Assembly: GCA_030671065.1 (NCBI GenBank)
Contig: DAOVAM010000001.1
Span: forward strand, 1-42,677
Length of the DNA stretch: 42,677 nt
Source of the DNA: Candidatus Aminicenantes bacterium
GTDB lineage: Bacteria > Acidobacteriota > Aminicenantia > Aminicenantales > Aminicenantaceae
Direction of reading: 5' to 3'
Position numbers and translations under genes: made by a program
The notes under the pieces: model-generated
Database searches by the model: none
The model's input: the letters and a program-made list of their open reading frames with translations, nothing else
What the model was told of the DNA's origin: nothing
Part shown: positions 26,368 through 34,043 of the stretch, piece after piece
Position numbering within the stretch: the stretch's first letter is position 1
Layout of the letters: every line of letters starts with the position of its first letter

Positions 26368-26946
26368 ATGAAAAAAATTACTATCTATTCATTAGCCATC
26401 CTGCTTGTCTTTTCTTTTGTGGTCTCCTGCAAGAAAAAAGTAGAGGAAGCTCCTCCTCCACCGCCGCTGGAGCCTGTGCAAGAAGAGCAGCCTGTGGTTG
26501 AAGAGCAGCCGGTAGTTGAAGAAGTCGTGGAAGAGCCCGTGGTTGAAGAACCCGTCCTCACAGAGGAAGAAATCTTCCTGCAAAAAACTCTAGATGAGAT
26601 GAACGCGGAAGCTCCTTTGCAAATGATCCACTTCGACTTCGACAAGTACTTTATCAGGGACGATGCGAAACCTTTTCTTGAAGCTAACGCCGAATGGCTT
26701 CAAAAATTCGACGCCATTACGATCCTCATCGAAGGCCATTGCGACGAAAGAGGAACTGAAGAATACAACCTCGCTTTAGGAGAGAAAAGGGCCAAAAGCA
26801 CCCTCGACTATCTCGAATCTTTGGGTATTTCCGCAGACAGAATAAAGATCATCTCCCACGGAAAAAGCCAACCCATAGACCTCGAACACAACGAAGATTC
26901 CTGGCAGAAAAACAGGAGAGCTCAGTTCAAAATAATTGGAAAGTAA
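26368..26946 (+). CDS. pal: Peptidoglycan-associated lipoprotein Pal (OmpA family)
   Basis: Lipobox 'VFSFVVSC', an acidic Pro/Val/Glu linker, and the OmpA-like domain 'IHFDFDKYFIRDD...IEGHCDERGTEEYNLALGEKRA...NRRAQF'. Confidence 0.9.
   Translation: MKKITIYSLAILLVFSFVVSCKKKVEEAPPPPPLEPVQEEQPVVEEQPVVEEVVEEPVVEEPVLTEEEIFLQKTLDEMNAEAPLQMIHFDFDKYFIRDDAKPFLEANAEWLQKFDAITILIEGHCDERGTEEYNLALGEKRAKSTLDYLESLGISADRIKIISHGKSQPIDLEHNEDSWQKNRRAQFKIIGK
26483..26557 (+). repeat. Degenerate in-frame tandem repeat (12-18 bp units, GAAGAGCAGCCNGTNGTT-like) encoding the (E-E-x-P-V-V)n linker of Pal
   Basis: Five consecutive units start at 26483, 26501, 26519, 26531 and 26546. They translate to 'EEQPVVEEQPVVEEVVEEPVVEEPV'. 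Confidence 0.8.
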
Positions 26947-26949
26947 TTT

Positions 26950-27843
26950 ATGAGCAAAAGGCTCGTCGGGATATTTCTAATCCTGCTTTTGCCTCAAGTC
27001 TCCTCGGGAATTGGTCAGAGACAGAAAACTTACGAATTAATCTACAAAGACATTCAACTCCTCAGGCAGCAATTCCAACAACTGAAAAAACAGATTGATA
27101 AAAACACAGAAGATATAAATTTTATCAAAGAACAGCTCACAGAAATCCTGAAGCTGGCCAAGCTTTTCCAATCAGAACAGGCAAGTTTCAAGCAGGAACA
27201 GAGAAAAATTCCCGCTCAGACTCAAGTTTTCCTTGAAAAATTTGAGTCCATGAGCCTTCAGCTCTCCAAGCTTTCTGAAGAACTCATTGAATTAAAAAGA
27301 AGCTCTCAAATCCCTCCAGAGCAACCCACGGAAAAACTCGACAGCCTGAAATCGGAATCCCCGCCCCCCGAAAAAAAAGAAGAAGGAAGTGAAGAGGAGG
27401 AGCAACTCGAAGAAGAGACACCCACTCGTCCTTCAGCCCTCCTGTCGCCGGCAGAAGTGTTCAACATGGCGTATTCTGATTACAGGAACGGAAATTTCGA
27501 ACTCGCCATTGACGGATTCAAAATGTACAGGGAACAGTTCCCTGAAAGCCCTCTTGTCGATGATTCTCTGTACTGGATCGGAGAGTGTTATTTCAGTCAG
27601 AAAAAGCATGAAGAAGCCATCGTGCAGTTTAATGAGCTGATCCTGAACTATTCCCGTGGAGATAAGATCCCCGCAGCTTATTTGAAAAAGGGACTCAGCC
27701 TTACCGAACTCGGGAAGAAGGAGGAGGCTCTGTCCGTATTCAAACTGCTGGTAAGCAAATTCCCTCTTGAAGAAGAAACAAAGATCGCACAGCAAAAAAT
27801 CAAGGAGTTGAAATCGGAAAATGAGAGATATCAACAGTCTTAA
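26950..27843 (+). CDS. cpoB: Tol-Pal system protein CpoB/YbgF (coiled coil + TPR)
   Basis: Signal peptide, an N-terminal coiled coil, and a C-terminal TPR region ('AYSDYRNGNFELAIDGFKMYREQFPESPLVDDSLYWIGECYF...'). It lies directly after pal. Confidence 0.8.
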   Translation: MSKRLVGIFLILLLPQVSSGIGQRQKTYELIYKDIQLLRQQFQQLKKQIDKNTEDINFIKEQLTEILKLAKLFQSEQASFKQEQRKIPAQTQVFLEKFESMSLQLSKLSEELIELKRSSQIPPEQPTEKLDSLKSESPPPEKKEEGSEEEEQLEEETPTRPSALLSPAEVFNMAYSDYRNGNFELAIDGFKMYREQFPESPLVDDSLYWIGECYFSQKKHEEAIVQFNELILNYSRGDKIPAAYLKKGLSLTELGKKEEALSVFKLLVSKFPLEEETKIAQQKIKELKSENERYQQS

Positions 27844-28282
27844 TAAAGTCCTCTTGATCGGCCGTCTGGGTCAAAATCCTGAATTGAGGTACCTTCCTCA
27901 GACTGAGAGAGCTGTGGCAAAATTCTCTCTTGCCACGAATGAGCGGTATTACAGCCCGAGCACAAATGAATCCGATATTCGCGTCGAATGGCACCGCATC
28001 GTGACATGGGGAAAGCTGGCTGAATTCTGCGAAAAATATTTGAACCAGGGGAAGCAAATATACCTGGAGGGGAAACTGAGAACCCGAACCTGGCAGGACA
28101 GGGATGGGAACAAAAAATCAACGACTGAAATAGAAGCCCAAAATATCGTTCTTCTCGGTAAAAAAGGAGACTTTGAAGAAAAACCAAGTGAAGAACCAGA
28201 ATCTCCCCCCTCTGAGCCACCTGAGGAAGAAGCCTCATCATCGGATAAAGACTGGGAAGACGAAGACGAGGTTCCGTTTTAA
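27821..28282 (+). CDS. ssb: Single-stranded DNA-binding protein
   Basis: OB-fold N-terminus 'LNKVLLIGRLGQNPELRYLPQTERAVAKFSLATNE...WHRIVTWGKLAE' and an acidic tail ending 'DEDEVPF'. It overlaps cpoB by 23 nt. Confidence 0.9.
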   Translation: MRDINSLNKVLLIGRLGQNPELRYLPQTERAVAKFSLATNERYYSPSTNESDIRVEWHRIVTWGKLAEFCEKYLNQGKQIYLEGKLRTRTWQDRDGNKKSTTEIEAQNIVLLGKKGDFEEKPSEEPESPPSEPPEEEASSSDKDWEDEDEVPF

Positions 28283-28319
28283 TTTTAATACTACGAATCA
28301 ACCACATATTATTCCTGGT

Positions 28320-28344
28320 GGACTGCATACAAGTTTTGCAGTCC
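28320..28344 (+). terminator. Stem-loop downstream of ssb (GGACTGCA-N9-TGCAGTCC)
   Basis: An 8-bp perfect stem (28320-28327 / 28337-28344) lies 38 nt after the ssb stop. There is no immediately adjacent T-run, so terminator function is uncertain. Confidence 0.35.
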
Positions 28345-28508
28345 ATAAATCAAGATTTTCCCCTTTTTATCCACTCTTCCTGCGCTGATCAACCTCATAA
28401 CCAGGGACAGAACATCTCAATAAGGCAATAATCCAGTAATGGAGTCCCGAATAAACAGCTGGAAAAAAGGGACAATACGATCCAATCCACATAAGATGAG
28501 GAGTATCC

Positions 28509-28892
28509 ATGGCAACAGATAGGAATGATGACTTTGACGATCTTAAAAAAGAAATCAGGGAAGATATCCGACCCTGGGGGAAATTTCGTTCCTTCCCGTA
28601 TAAACAGGCCAGCAGCATAAAAATCATCACTGTCAACCCGAGTGGAGTCCTTTCCCTCCAGTACCATCATCACCGGAGCGAATTCTGGATCGTTCTGGAT
28701 GAAGGTTTAGAAGTTACAGTCGGGGAAAGAGTCTGGCATCCTGAAAAAAATGAAGAGATCTTTATCTCCAGAAAAACTCCTCATCGTATTCGCTGCATCG
28801 GTCAGGAACGGACTAGAGTCATGGAGATATGGTACAGCGATTCTGACGAATCCGATATTGTCCGTCTGGAAGACAAGTACGGGAGAACATAA
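28509..28892 (+). CDS. Cupin-domain protein resembling the C-terminal cupin of type II phosphomannose isomerases
   Basis: Carries 'RPWGKFRSF...IKIITVNPSGVLSLQYHHHRSEFWIVLDG..EVTVG' and 'DIVRLEDKYGR'. An SD (GAGGAG) precedes the ATG. Confidence 0.7.
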   Translation: MATDRNDDFDDLKKEIREDIRPWGKFRSFPYKQASSIKIITVNPSGVLSLQYHHHRSEFWIVLDEGLEVTVGERVWHPEKNEEIFISRKTPHRIRCIGQERTRVMEIWYSDSDESDIVRLEDKYGRT

Positions 28893-28916
28893 AGGGGACG
28901 TTCCCCATAAATAAGA

Positions 28917-29669
28917 TCAGCTCTCCTTTAAATTCCTGACTATCTGTGGAAGAATCCTGCCCGCCTCTTCATGTATAACTCCATCTGCCTCAGAGTCTAA
29001 AGCCGTTTGCTCTTTATTTATGATGACGAGTGTCGCATTATTTTTCTTCGCTCTCATCGGAATCTCAGCGGCTGGATAAACAACCAAAGAACTCCCCACA
29101 ACGAGAAGAAAATCACATTGTTCAGCCTCTTCAAAAGCCACACGGAGAATTTGTGGATTCAATGTCTCTCCAAAAAAAATAACGGCAGGCCTGAGCTTTC
29201 CTTGGCATTCTGGACAGAGGGGAGGACACGTATCCTTAAGCATGACAAAAACATCATCCATGGAATATTTTTGAGAACAACTCATGCAATAAATCACCCT
29301 TGTCGTTCCATGCAACTCAATCACAGAGGAAGATCCTGCTTCTTGATGAAGTCCATCAATATTCTGGGTAATGACAGTTTTTATTCTCCCGAAAGTCTCC
29401 ATCTCGGCCAGGGCCAGATGTCCTTTACCCGGTTTTGCTTTTTGAAGCATTGGATAACGAACCTCTCGAAAAAAATTCCAATAATACGACGGATCCTGAA
29501 GGAAATAACCGATGCTTGCATATAAATTTGGATCATATTTTTTCCACAGCCCATCCTTCCCTCTGTAGGTAGGGATCCCACATTCCGCCGAAATGCCTGC
29601 GCCCGTAAAAACAACAGCATGTTTAGAATCCTTAATCCCTGAAGAAACGGCTTCGAGAATGTCATTCAT
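28917..29669 (-). CDS. cobB: NAD-dependent protein deacylase, Sir2 family (CobB-like)
   Basis: Has 'FTGAGISAECGIPTYRG', 'TQNIDGLH', 'ELHG', the zinc ribbon 'CMSC...CPEC' and 'VVGSSLVVYPAA'. Confidence 0.88.
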   Translation of the reverse strand: MNDILEAVSSGIKDSKHAVVFTGAGISAECGIPTYRGKDGLWKKYDPNLYASIGYFLQDPSYYWNFFREVRYPMLQKAKPGKGHLALAEMETFGRIKTVITQNIDGLHQEAGSSSVIELHGTTRVIYCMSCSQKYSMDDVFVMLKDTCPPLCPECQGKLRPAVIFFGETLNPQILRVAFEEAEQCDFLLVVGSSLVVYPAAEIPMRAKKNNATLVIINKEQTALDSEADGVIHEEAGRILPQIVRNLKES

Positions 29670-30019
29670 AGCCTATCCTCGATGAAAGTTCCTCCCTGAA
29701 TATCAACGGTTCATGACTATAATACCAATCCTTCTTCAGGGATGCAAAGAAAAGGGCTTTGTTCCCATTTCTTTACATCTGAGCACATCATTCTTCCCTA
29801 ATATATGCTTTCAGCGCCTCGAAATGTACCTTTCTGCACAGGGGGAAGAAAATCATTCAATTTTGTACTTTTGAAGTTGCTCAGAGCGATTTTCTTCTTT
29901 TTATCAAGTAGCTCTTCCTTCTATGAAAAAAATGTTTACAATTGCAAAAAATATTTACATAACATCCTTTGATATTAATCTTAAGCCTTATAGGGTAACT
30001 CGACTTTTCTTACTACTAT

Positions 30020-30035
30020 TGGCACGATTTTTGCA
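30020..30035 (+). promoter_or_regulatory. sigma54 (RpoN)-dependent promoter, -24/-12 type
   Basis: TGGCACGATTTTTGCA matches every specified position of the consensus TGGCACG-N4-TTGCW, with GG at 30021-30022 and GC at 30033-30034. It sits 24 nt upstream of the ATG at 30060, preceded by a ~350-bp AT-rich non-coding region. Confidence 0.7.
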
Positions 30036-30059
30036 GTATTGAAGGCAGGGAGAAAGAAA

Positions 30060-30293
30060 ATGCAATCCGTACAAGACACAAATTTTCAAAGACAAATCGA
30101 CGAAGCACTGAAAAGGGCAAAATTCAAGAAGGCCATTTACCTCTATGATGAAACCGGCCACAAGAGATTAATAGGAGTTTTCGACAAAAAAAAGGCTGCT
30201 GAAGTCAAAAAATATTATCAAGACAGAAATTTAATCAATCGCTTGACAGAATCCGAGATCAGAACAACCGAACCGGATAGCAGTTTTGGATGA
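30060..30293 (+). CDS. Hypothetical small basic protein (77 aa), unknown family
   Basis: ATG preceded by GGGAGAAAG. The translation is 'MQSVQDTNFQRQIDEALKRAKFKKAIYLYDETGHKRLIGVFDKKKAAEVKKYYQDRNLINRLTESEIRTTEPDSSFG', and I recognise no motif in it. The track start at 30039 (TTG) lies upstream of the predicted transcription start. Confidence 0.5.
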   Translation: MQSVQDTNFQRQIDEALKRAKFKKAIYLYDETGHKRLIGVFDKKKAAEVKKYYQDRNLINRLTESEIRTTEPDSSFG

Positions 30294-30307
30294 TTCTCAT
30301 TCCTTTC

Positions 30308-30375
30308 TGCACTGATTATTCGGTGCTCTAACCAAACCTCAAACACCGAAAGCAAAGTGCACGACGTCTTTTCTT
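30308..30375 (+). terminator. Two-tier stem-loop followed by a T-rich tract, candidate terminator of the sigma54 transcript
   Basis: The outer stem is 30308-30313 / 30356-30361 and the inner stem 30321-30325 / 30344-30348. The loop is 18 nt and C/A-rich. CGACGTCTTTTCTT follows the stem. Confidence 0.3.
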
Positions 30376-30573
30376 GACAAAAGAATTGATCCACTGAAAG
30401 CCAAACCTGTTCAATCTCTCACTTCCTCGCGTGTTGAAATCACTGTTCAGAACACCATGAGCTTCCATTGACCAGAAGACGCTGACATCCTCAAGAAAGA
30501 CATACAGATGATTAACTCTGGAAGTAGAATACCAGTAACCCTCAAAAATGACTTAAGGAAAGAATAAGGAAGG

Positions 30574-32337
30574 CTAAATCACTTTTCCCATCAAGAATGC
30601 ATTGGGGTGCTTAACCAGTATCTTTTCTATGATATACTCTTCGATTTCTTGAGCTGTTTTTAATGCCATCGCTTCCCGAATCACTTTTTTCACGGTTTTA
30701 AACTCGACTGAGCGCAGCGTTTTCTTTATTTTTGGGATAAAAATCGGGTTCATGCTGAAGTTCACTAATCCGAATCCGAGCAAGACGATCGCTGCAAGGG
30801 GATCAGCAGCCATCTCTCCACAGACTGAGATCTCCTTTCCTGCTTTTTGGGCAGTCTCGATGACAAATCTAACCAGCCTCAGAACCGAAGGATGGAGAGG
30901 TTTGTACAGATAGGAAACAAATTCATTCCCACGATCGACTGCCAGACAGTACTGAATCAAGTCATTGGTACCGATGCTGAGATAGTCCACTTCTTTCACC
31001 AACAAATCTGTCATTGCGGCCGCTGCGGGCACTTCTATCATCACGCCTAAAGGGATATTTTCATCGTACTTATGCCGTTTGAGTTTGAGCTCTTCTTTGA
31101 CCTCACGCAAGAGAATTTTGATCTCCACGATCTCTTCGATTTCCGTAATCATGGGAATCAGAATTCTTACATTCCCCATAGCACTGGCCCGCAGGATAGC
31201 TCTGAGCTGAATCTTGAACAGGTCTGTTTCTCGCAATGAGAATCTTATCGCCCTTAAACCAAGAGCCGGATTGGGCTCTTTCTCAATCTTCAACTGGGGC
31301 AAGCTCTTCTCGCCCCCGATATCGATTGTCCTTATGTAAACCGGAAAAGGAGAGGTTTCTTTCGCAATCTGTGAATAAATTAAATAATGCTCTTCTTCTG
31401 AAGGAAGAGACGTGCTCTGGAGATAGATGAATTCTGACCGGAAAAGTCCAACTCCTTCCGCTCCGAGGGATAGAGCCGGTTTCACCTCTTCAGGAAGCTC
31501 GATATTGGCTAAAGGATAAAACCGAAAGTTATCCAGAGTCGTAGATCTCAATTTTGCAGTTTTTCTGAGTTCTCTTCGGTAATCCTCATATTTCTCTTTT
31601 TTATCGAAAAACTCTTTCCGGAGAGCATGAGGGGGATTGACAATGACTTCCCCATCAGAACCATCCACGATGATGTAATCGCCGTTTTTGACTCTCTGTG
31701 AAATATTGCGCAGAGCAAGCACCGCTGGGATGTTTAATGAGCGAGCCAGAATGGCTGTATGCGATGTTTGTCCACCCATATCAATAGCCACGGCCAAGAC
31801 ATTTCCCCTGCTCAATTTTAACGCGGCCTCTGAAGGGAGGAGGTCATGAGCCACCAGAATTTTTTCCCTTCCATCATCCTTTTTCTTTTTGTCCGGACTT
31901 TCCAGGTTTCTGTAGAGTTTTGTCAAAACATCCGATATATCCGATTCTCTTTGTCTGAAATATTCGTCACTGATAGACTCAAAAAGCCGCTTGTATTTCT
32001 CATGGATACAGGAAAGAGCCCATTCTGCTCTGCAGTGTTCTTCCCTGATGATCCTATCAAGGCCTGAACGCATCGATTTATCTTCAAGCATGAGCAGGTG
32101 AGCCTCTAAGATGAAAGAATGCTCTTCCCCCATTTTCTTTCTGATCTGATCCTTTATCCGAGTCAACTGAGACTTGGTCCTTTCTATCGCTTTGTTCAAT
32201 CTCTTCAGCTCGTGCTCAACTTGATGTGGAAGGATCTTTTCCTTCCGTTCCGTAAAAATAACTCTCTCCGTGAGCAGAACCTCACCTATGGCAATTCCGG
32301 GGGATACCCCGATTCCTCTCAACCTGAAATATTCCAT
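30574..32337 (-). CDS. ptsI: Phosphoenolpyruvate-protein phosphotransferase (PTS Enzyme I)
   Basis: Has 'GGQTSHTAILARSLNIPAV' containing the active-site His, 'GLFRSEF', and 'IGTNDLIQY' within the C-terminal PEP-utilising domain. Confidence 0.93.
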   Translation of the reverse strand: MEYFRLRGIGVSPGIAIGEVLLTERVIFTERKEKILPHQVEHELKRLNKAIERTKSQLTRIKDQIRKKMGEEHSFILEAHLLMLEDKSMRSGLDRIIREEHCRAEWALSCIHEKYKRLFESISDEYFRQRESDISDVLTKLYRNLESPDKKKKDDGREKILVAHDLLPSEAALKLSRGNVLAVAIDMGGQTSHTAILARSLNIPAVLALRNISQRVKNGDYIIVDGSDGEVIVNPPHALRKEFFDKKEKYEDYRRELRKTAKLRSTTLDNFRFYPLANIELPEEVKPALSLGAEGVGLFRSEFIYLQSTSLPSEEEHYLIYSQIAKETSPFPVYIRTIDIGGEKSLPQLKIEKEPNPALGLRAIRFSLRETDLFKIQLRAILRASAMGNVRILIPMITEIEEIVEIKILLREVKEELKLKRHKYDENIPLGVMIEVPAAAAMTDLLVKEVDYLSIGTNDLIQYCLAVDRGNEFVSYLYKPLHPSVLRLVRFVIETAQKAGKEISVCGEMAADPLAAIVLLGFGLVNFSMNPIFIPKIKKTLRSVEFKTVKKVIREAMALKTAQEIEEYIIEKILVKHPNAFLMGKVI

Positions 32338-32343
32338 GAAAAA

Positions 32344-32613
32344 TTACTCTTTTTCCAAAAATTTATTGTTAATGAGTTCGAGTAATGCACTGAGCGCTTT
32401 GTCCTCATCCTTCCCTGAAACCTTTAAAACGATCTCTGTCCCTTGTACAGCCGCTAATGTCAATATTCCCAAAATACTCTTTCCGTCGATCTCATTCCCA
32501 TCCTTCTCGATCTTAACCGATGATTTGAACCGGTTAGCCACATTGACAAATTTGACCGCAGCTCGTGCATGCATGCCCAGCTTATTCTTTATGGTGATTT
32601 TTTTCTTGAGCAT
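32344..32613 (-). CDS. ptsH: Phosphocarrier protein HPr
   Basis: 89 aa. The His15 context is 'NKLGMHARAA' and the Ser46 context is 'DGKSILGILTL'. Confidence 0.9.
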   Translation of the reverse strand: MLKKKITIKNKLGMHARAAVKFVNVANRFKSSVKIEKDGNEIDGKSILGILTLAAVQGTEIVLKVSGKDEDKALSALLELINNKFLEKE

Positions 32614-32626
32614 GGATTCGGTGGAA

Positions 32627-33031
32627 TTAATGCTTTGTACTCAAAAGAGCGCTGGCAAGGTGGATATTCTTTTTTCCCTGCTCATAGACCTTCTTTGCCA
32701 CTTCTTTCAAATTATTGCTTCTCTGGAGAGAAACAAACTTAATGAGCATCGGAAGATTGACGCCTGTGATGATCTCAATCTGGTTATCCTTCAAAAAAGA
32801 GAAACTCAGATTTGATGCTGTCCCTCCGAACATGTCTGTAAAAATCACAACACCGTTTTTCTGCTCAATTCTTTTCAGACTCTGACTGATTTTCTTTTTT
32901 GACTCTTCAACATCATCATACCACCCGATCGAAATAGCCTCTATGTTGACGGCCTCCCCAATGATAATGGTCAGAGCATTCAAGAGTTCTTCAGCTAACT
33001 TCCCATGAGAAACGATGAGTCCGCCGATCAT
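32627..33031 (-). CDS. PTS EIIA component, mannose/fructose family
   Basis: N-terminus 'MIGGLIVSHGKLAEEL' contains the phosphorylatable His. It is 134 aa, and no EIIB, EIIC or EIID gene lies nearby. Confidence 0.85.
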   Translation of the reverse strand: MIGGLIVSHGKLAEELLNALTIIIGEAVNIEAISIGWYDDVEESKKKISQSLKRIEQKNGVVIFTDMFGGTASNLSFSFLKDNQIEIITGVNLPMLIKFVSLQRSNNLKEVAKKVYEQGKKNIHLASALLSTKH

Positions 33032-33165
33032 TGTTCTTTTCCTTTATGTCGTATCATGGTCACATTCATCAGAGACACAATCATTAAATTCCTGTTGTAG
33101 ACATTTTACCATTTAACACGTTGAATCTTAAGTATTTTTCAAGAAAAGGGAACATCCCTCTATTG

Positions 33166-34023
33166 CTATTTATGCAGATCGCGATGATAGATCCTGACAG
33201 AACTGTCTTTGGTCTTGAGATGACTCTTCAACTCCTCAGCAATAATCACAGACCTGTGTTTCCCCCCTGTACATCCTGTGGAAATTGTCAGATGGCTTTT
33301 CCCCTCTTTCACGAACTTTGGAAGCAAATAATCCACGAATCGTTTCAACTCATGAAGATATTTCTTTGTCTCTTTTTCTTGAAGGACGTATTCCTTCACT
33401 TCCCTGTCTTTACCAGTTTTGTCTCTTAACTCATTGACATAAAACGGATTGGGCAAAAATCGTGTATCGAACAAAAGGTCCGATTCCAACGGGATCCCAT
33501 ATTTGTAGCCAAAACTGATAATTCTAATCTGCAGCTTTTCGTTTTTTTTCTTTAAAAACCTTCTGTTCAATATTTCCCTGAGCTGAGCTATGTTCATGTC
33601 AGATGTATCCTCAACCTCATCCGCCAACCTCTTTATTTCCGCCAACCTTCCTCTTTCTAACTGAATGCTCTCCAAGACAGACTTTTTGCTTTTTAAAGGA
33701 TGAGGACGTCTGCTTTCGCTGTATCTCTTGAGCAATGTCTCATCCGAAGCTTCGAGAAAAATTAACCACGGCAAAACATCCTTCCTGATCTGGTTCAAGA
33801 CCTCAAGAAATTCAGTTTCAAATCCAGCTTCCCGAATATCAATCACCAGGGCCACCTTTTCAATCTCAACTTCTTTCCTCTTCCAGAGTTCAATAAAATT
33901 GGGAATCAGCTTCGCAGGAAGGTTGTCAATACAGTAATAGCCAAAATCTTCAAGGAATCGGCTGACCACGGTCTTCCCTGAACCAGATAATCCTGTAATA
34001 ATCAGAAATTTTTCGCTTTTCAT
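33166..34023 (-). CDS. rapZ: RNase adapter / nucleotide-binding protein RapZ (YvcJ/YhbJ family)
   Basis: Walker A 'ITGLSGSGKT' and the C-terminal 'TISTGCTGGKHRSV' signature. The ATG at 34023 lies 20 nt after the hprK stop. Confidence 0.9.
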   Translation of the reverse strand: MKSEKFLIITGLSGSGKTVVSRFLEDFGYYCIDNLPAKLIPNFIELWKRKEVEIEKVALVIDIREAGFETEFLEVLNQIRKDVLPWLIFLEASDETLLKRYSESRRPHPLKSKKSVLESIQLERGRLAEIKRLADEVEDTSDMNIAQLREILNRRFLKKKNEKLQIRIISFGYKYGIPLESDLLFDTRFLPNPFYVNELRDKTGKDREVKEYVLQEKETKKYLHELKRFVDYLLPKFVKEGKSHLTISTGCTGGKHRSVIIAEELKSHLKTKDSSVRIYHRDLHK

Positions 34024-34043
34024 ACTATTTTTCTTCCCGATCC

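Noticed and set aside
28917-29669. Sir2-domain protein as a possible anti-phage effector (Thoeris or DSR-like).
   Set aside because: It is a 250-aa stand-alone sirtuin with the canonical NAD pocket motifs and a CxxC...CxxC zinc ribbon, which fits CobB-type deacylases. It has no fused SLOG, TIR or helicase domain and no partner gene, and its flanks are housekeeping genes.
30039-30059. The TTG start proposed by the ORF track for the small ORF, giving 84 aa.
   Set aside because: It lies immediately after the -12 element of the sigma54 promoter, upstream of the predicted transcription start. The ATG at 30060 has an appropriately spaced GGGAGA.
33032-33165. Possible internal promoter (TTAAGA-17-TAAAAT, minus strand) and a 5-bp hairpin between rapZ and the EIIA(Man) gene.
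   Set aside because: The -35 is poor and the hairpin (AGGGA-tgt-TCCCT) is too weak to call. It may be real, but the sequence alone does not support it.
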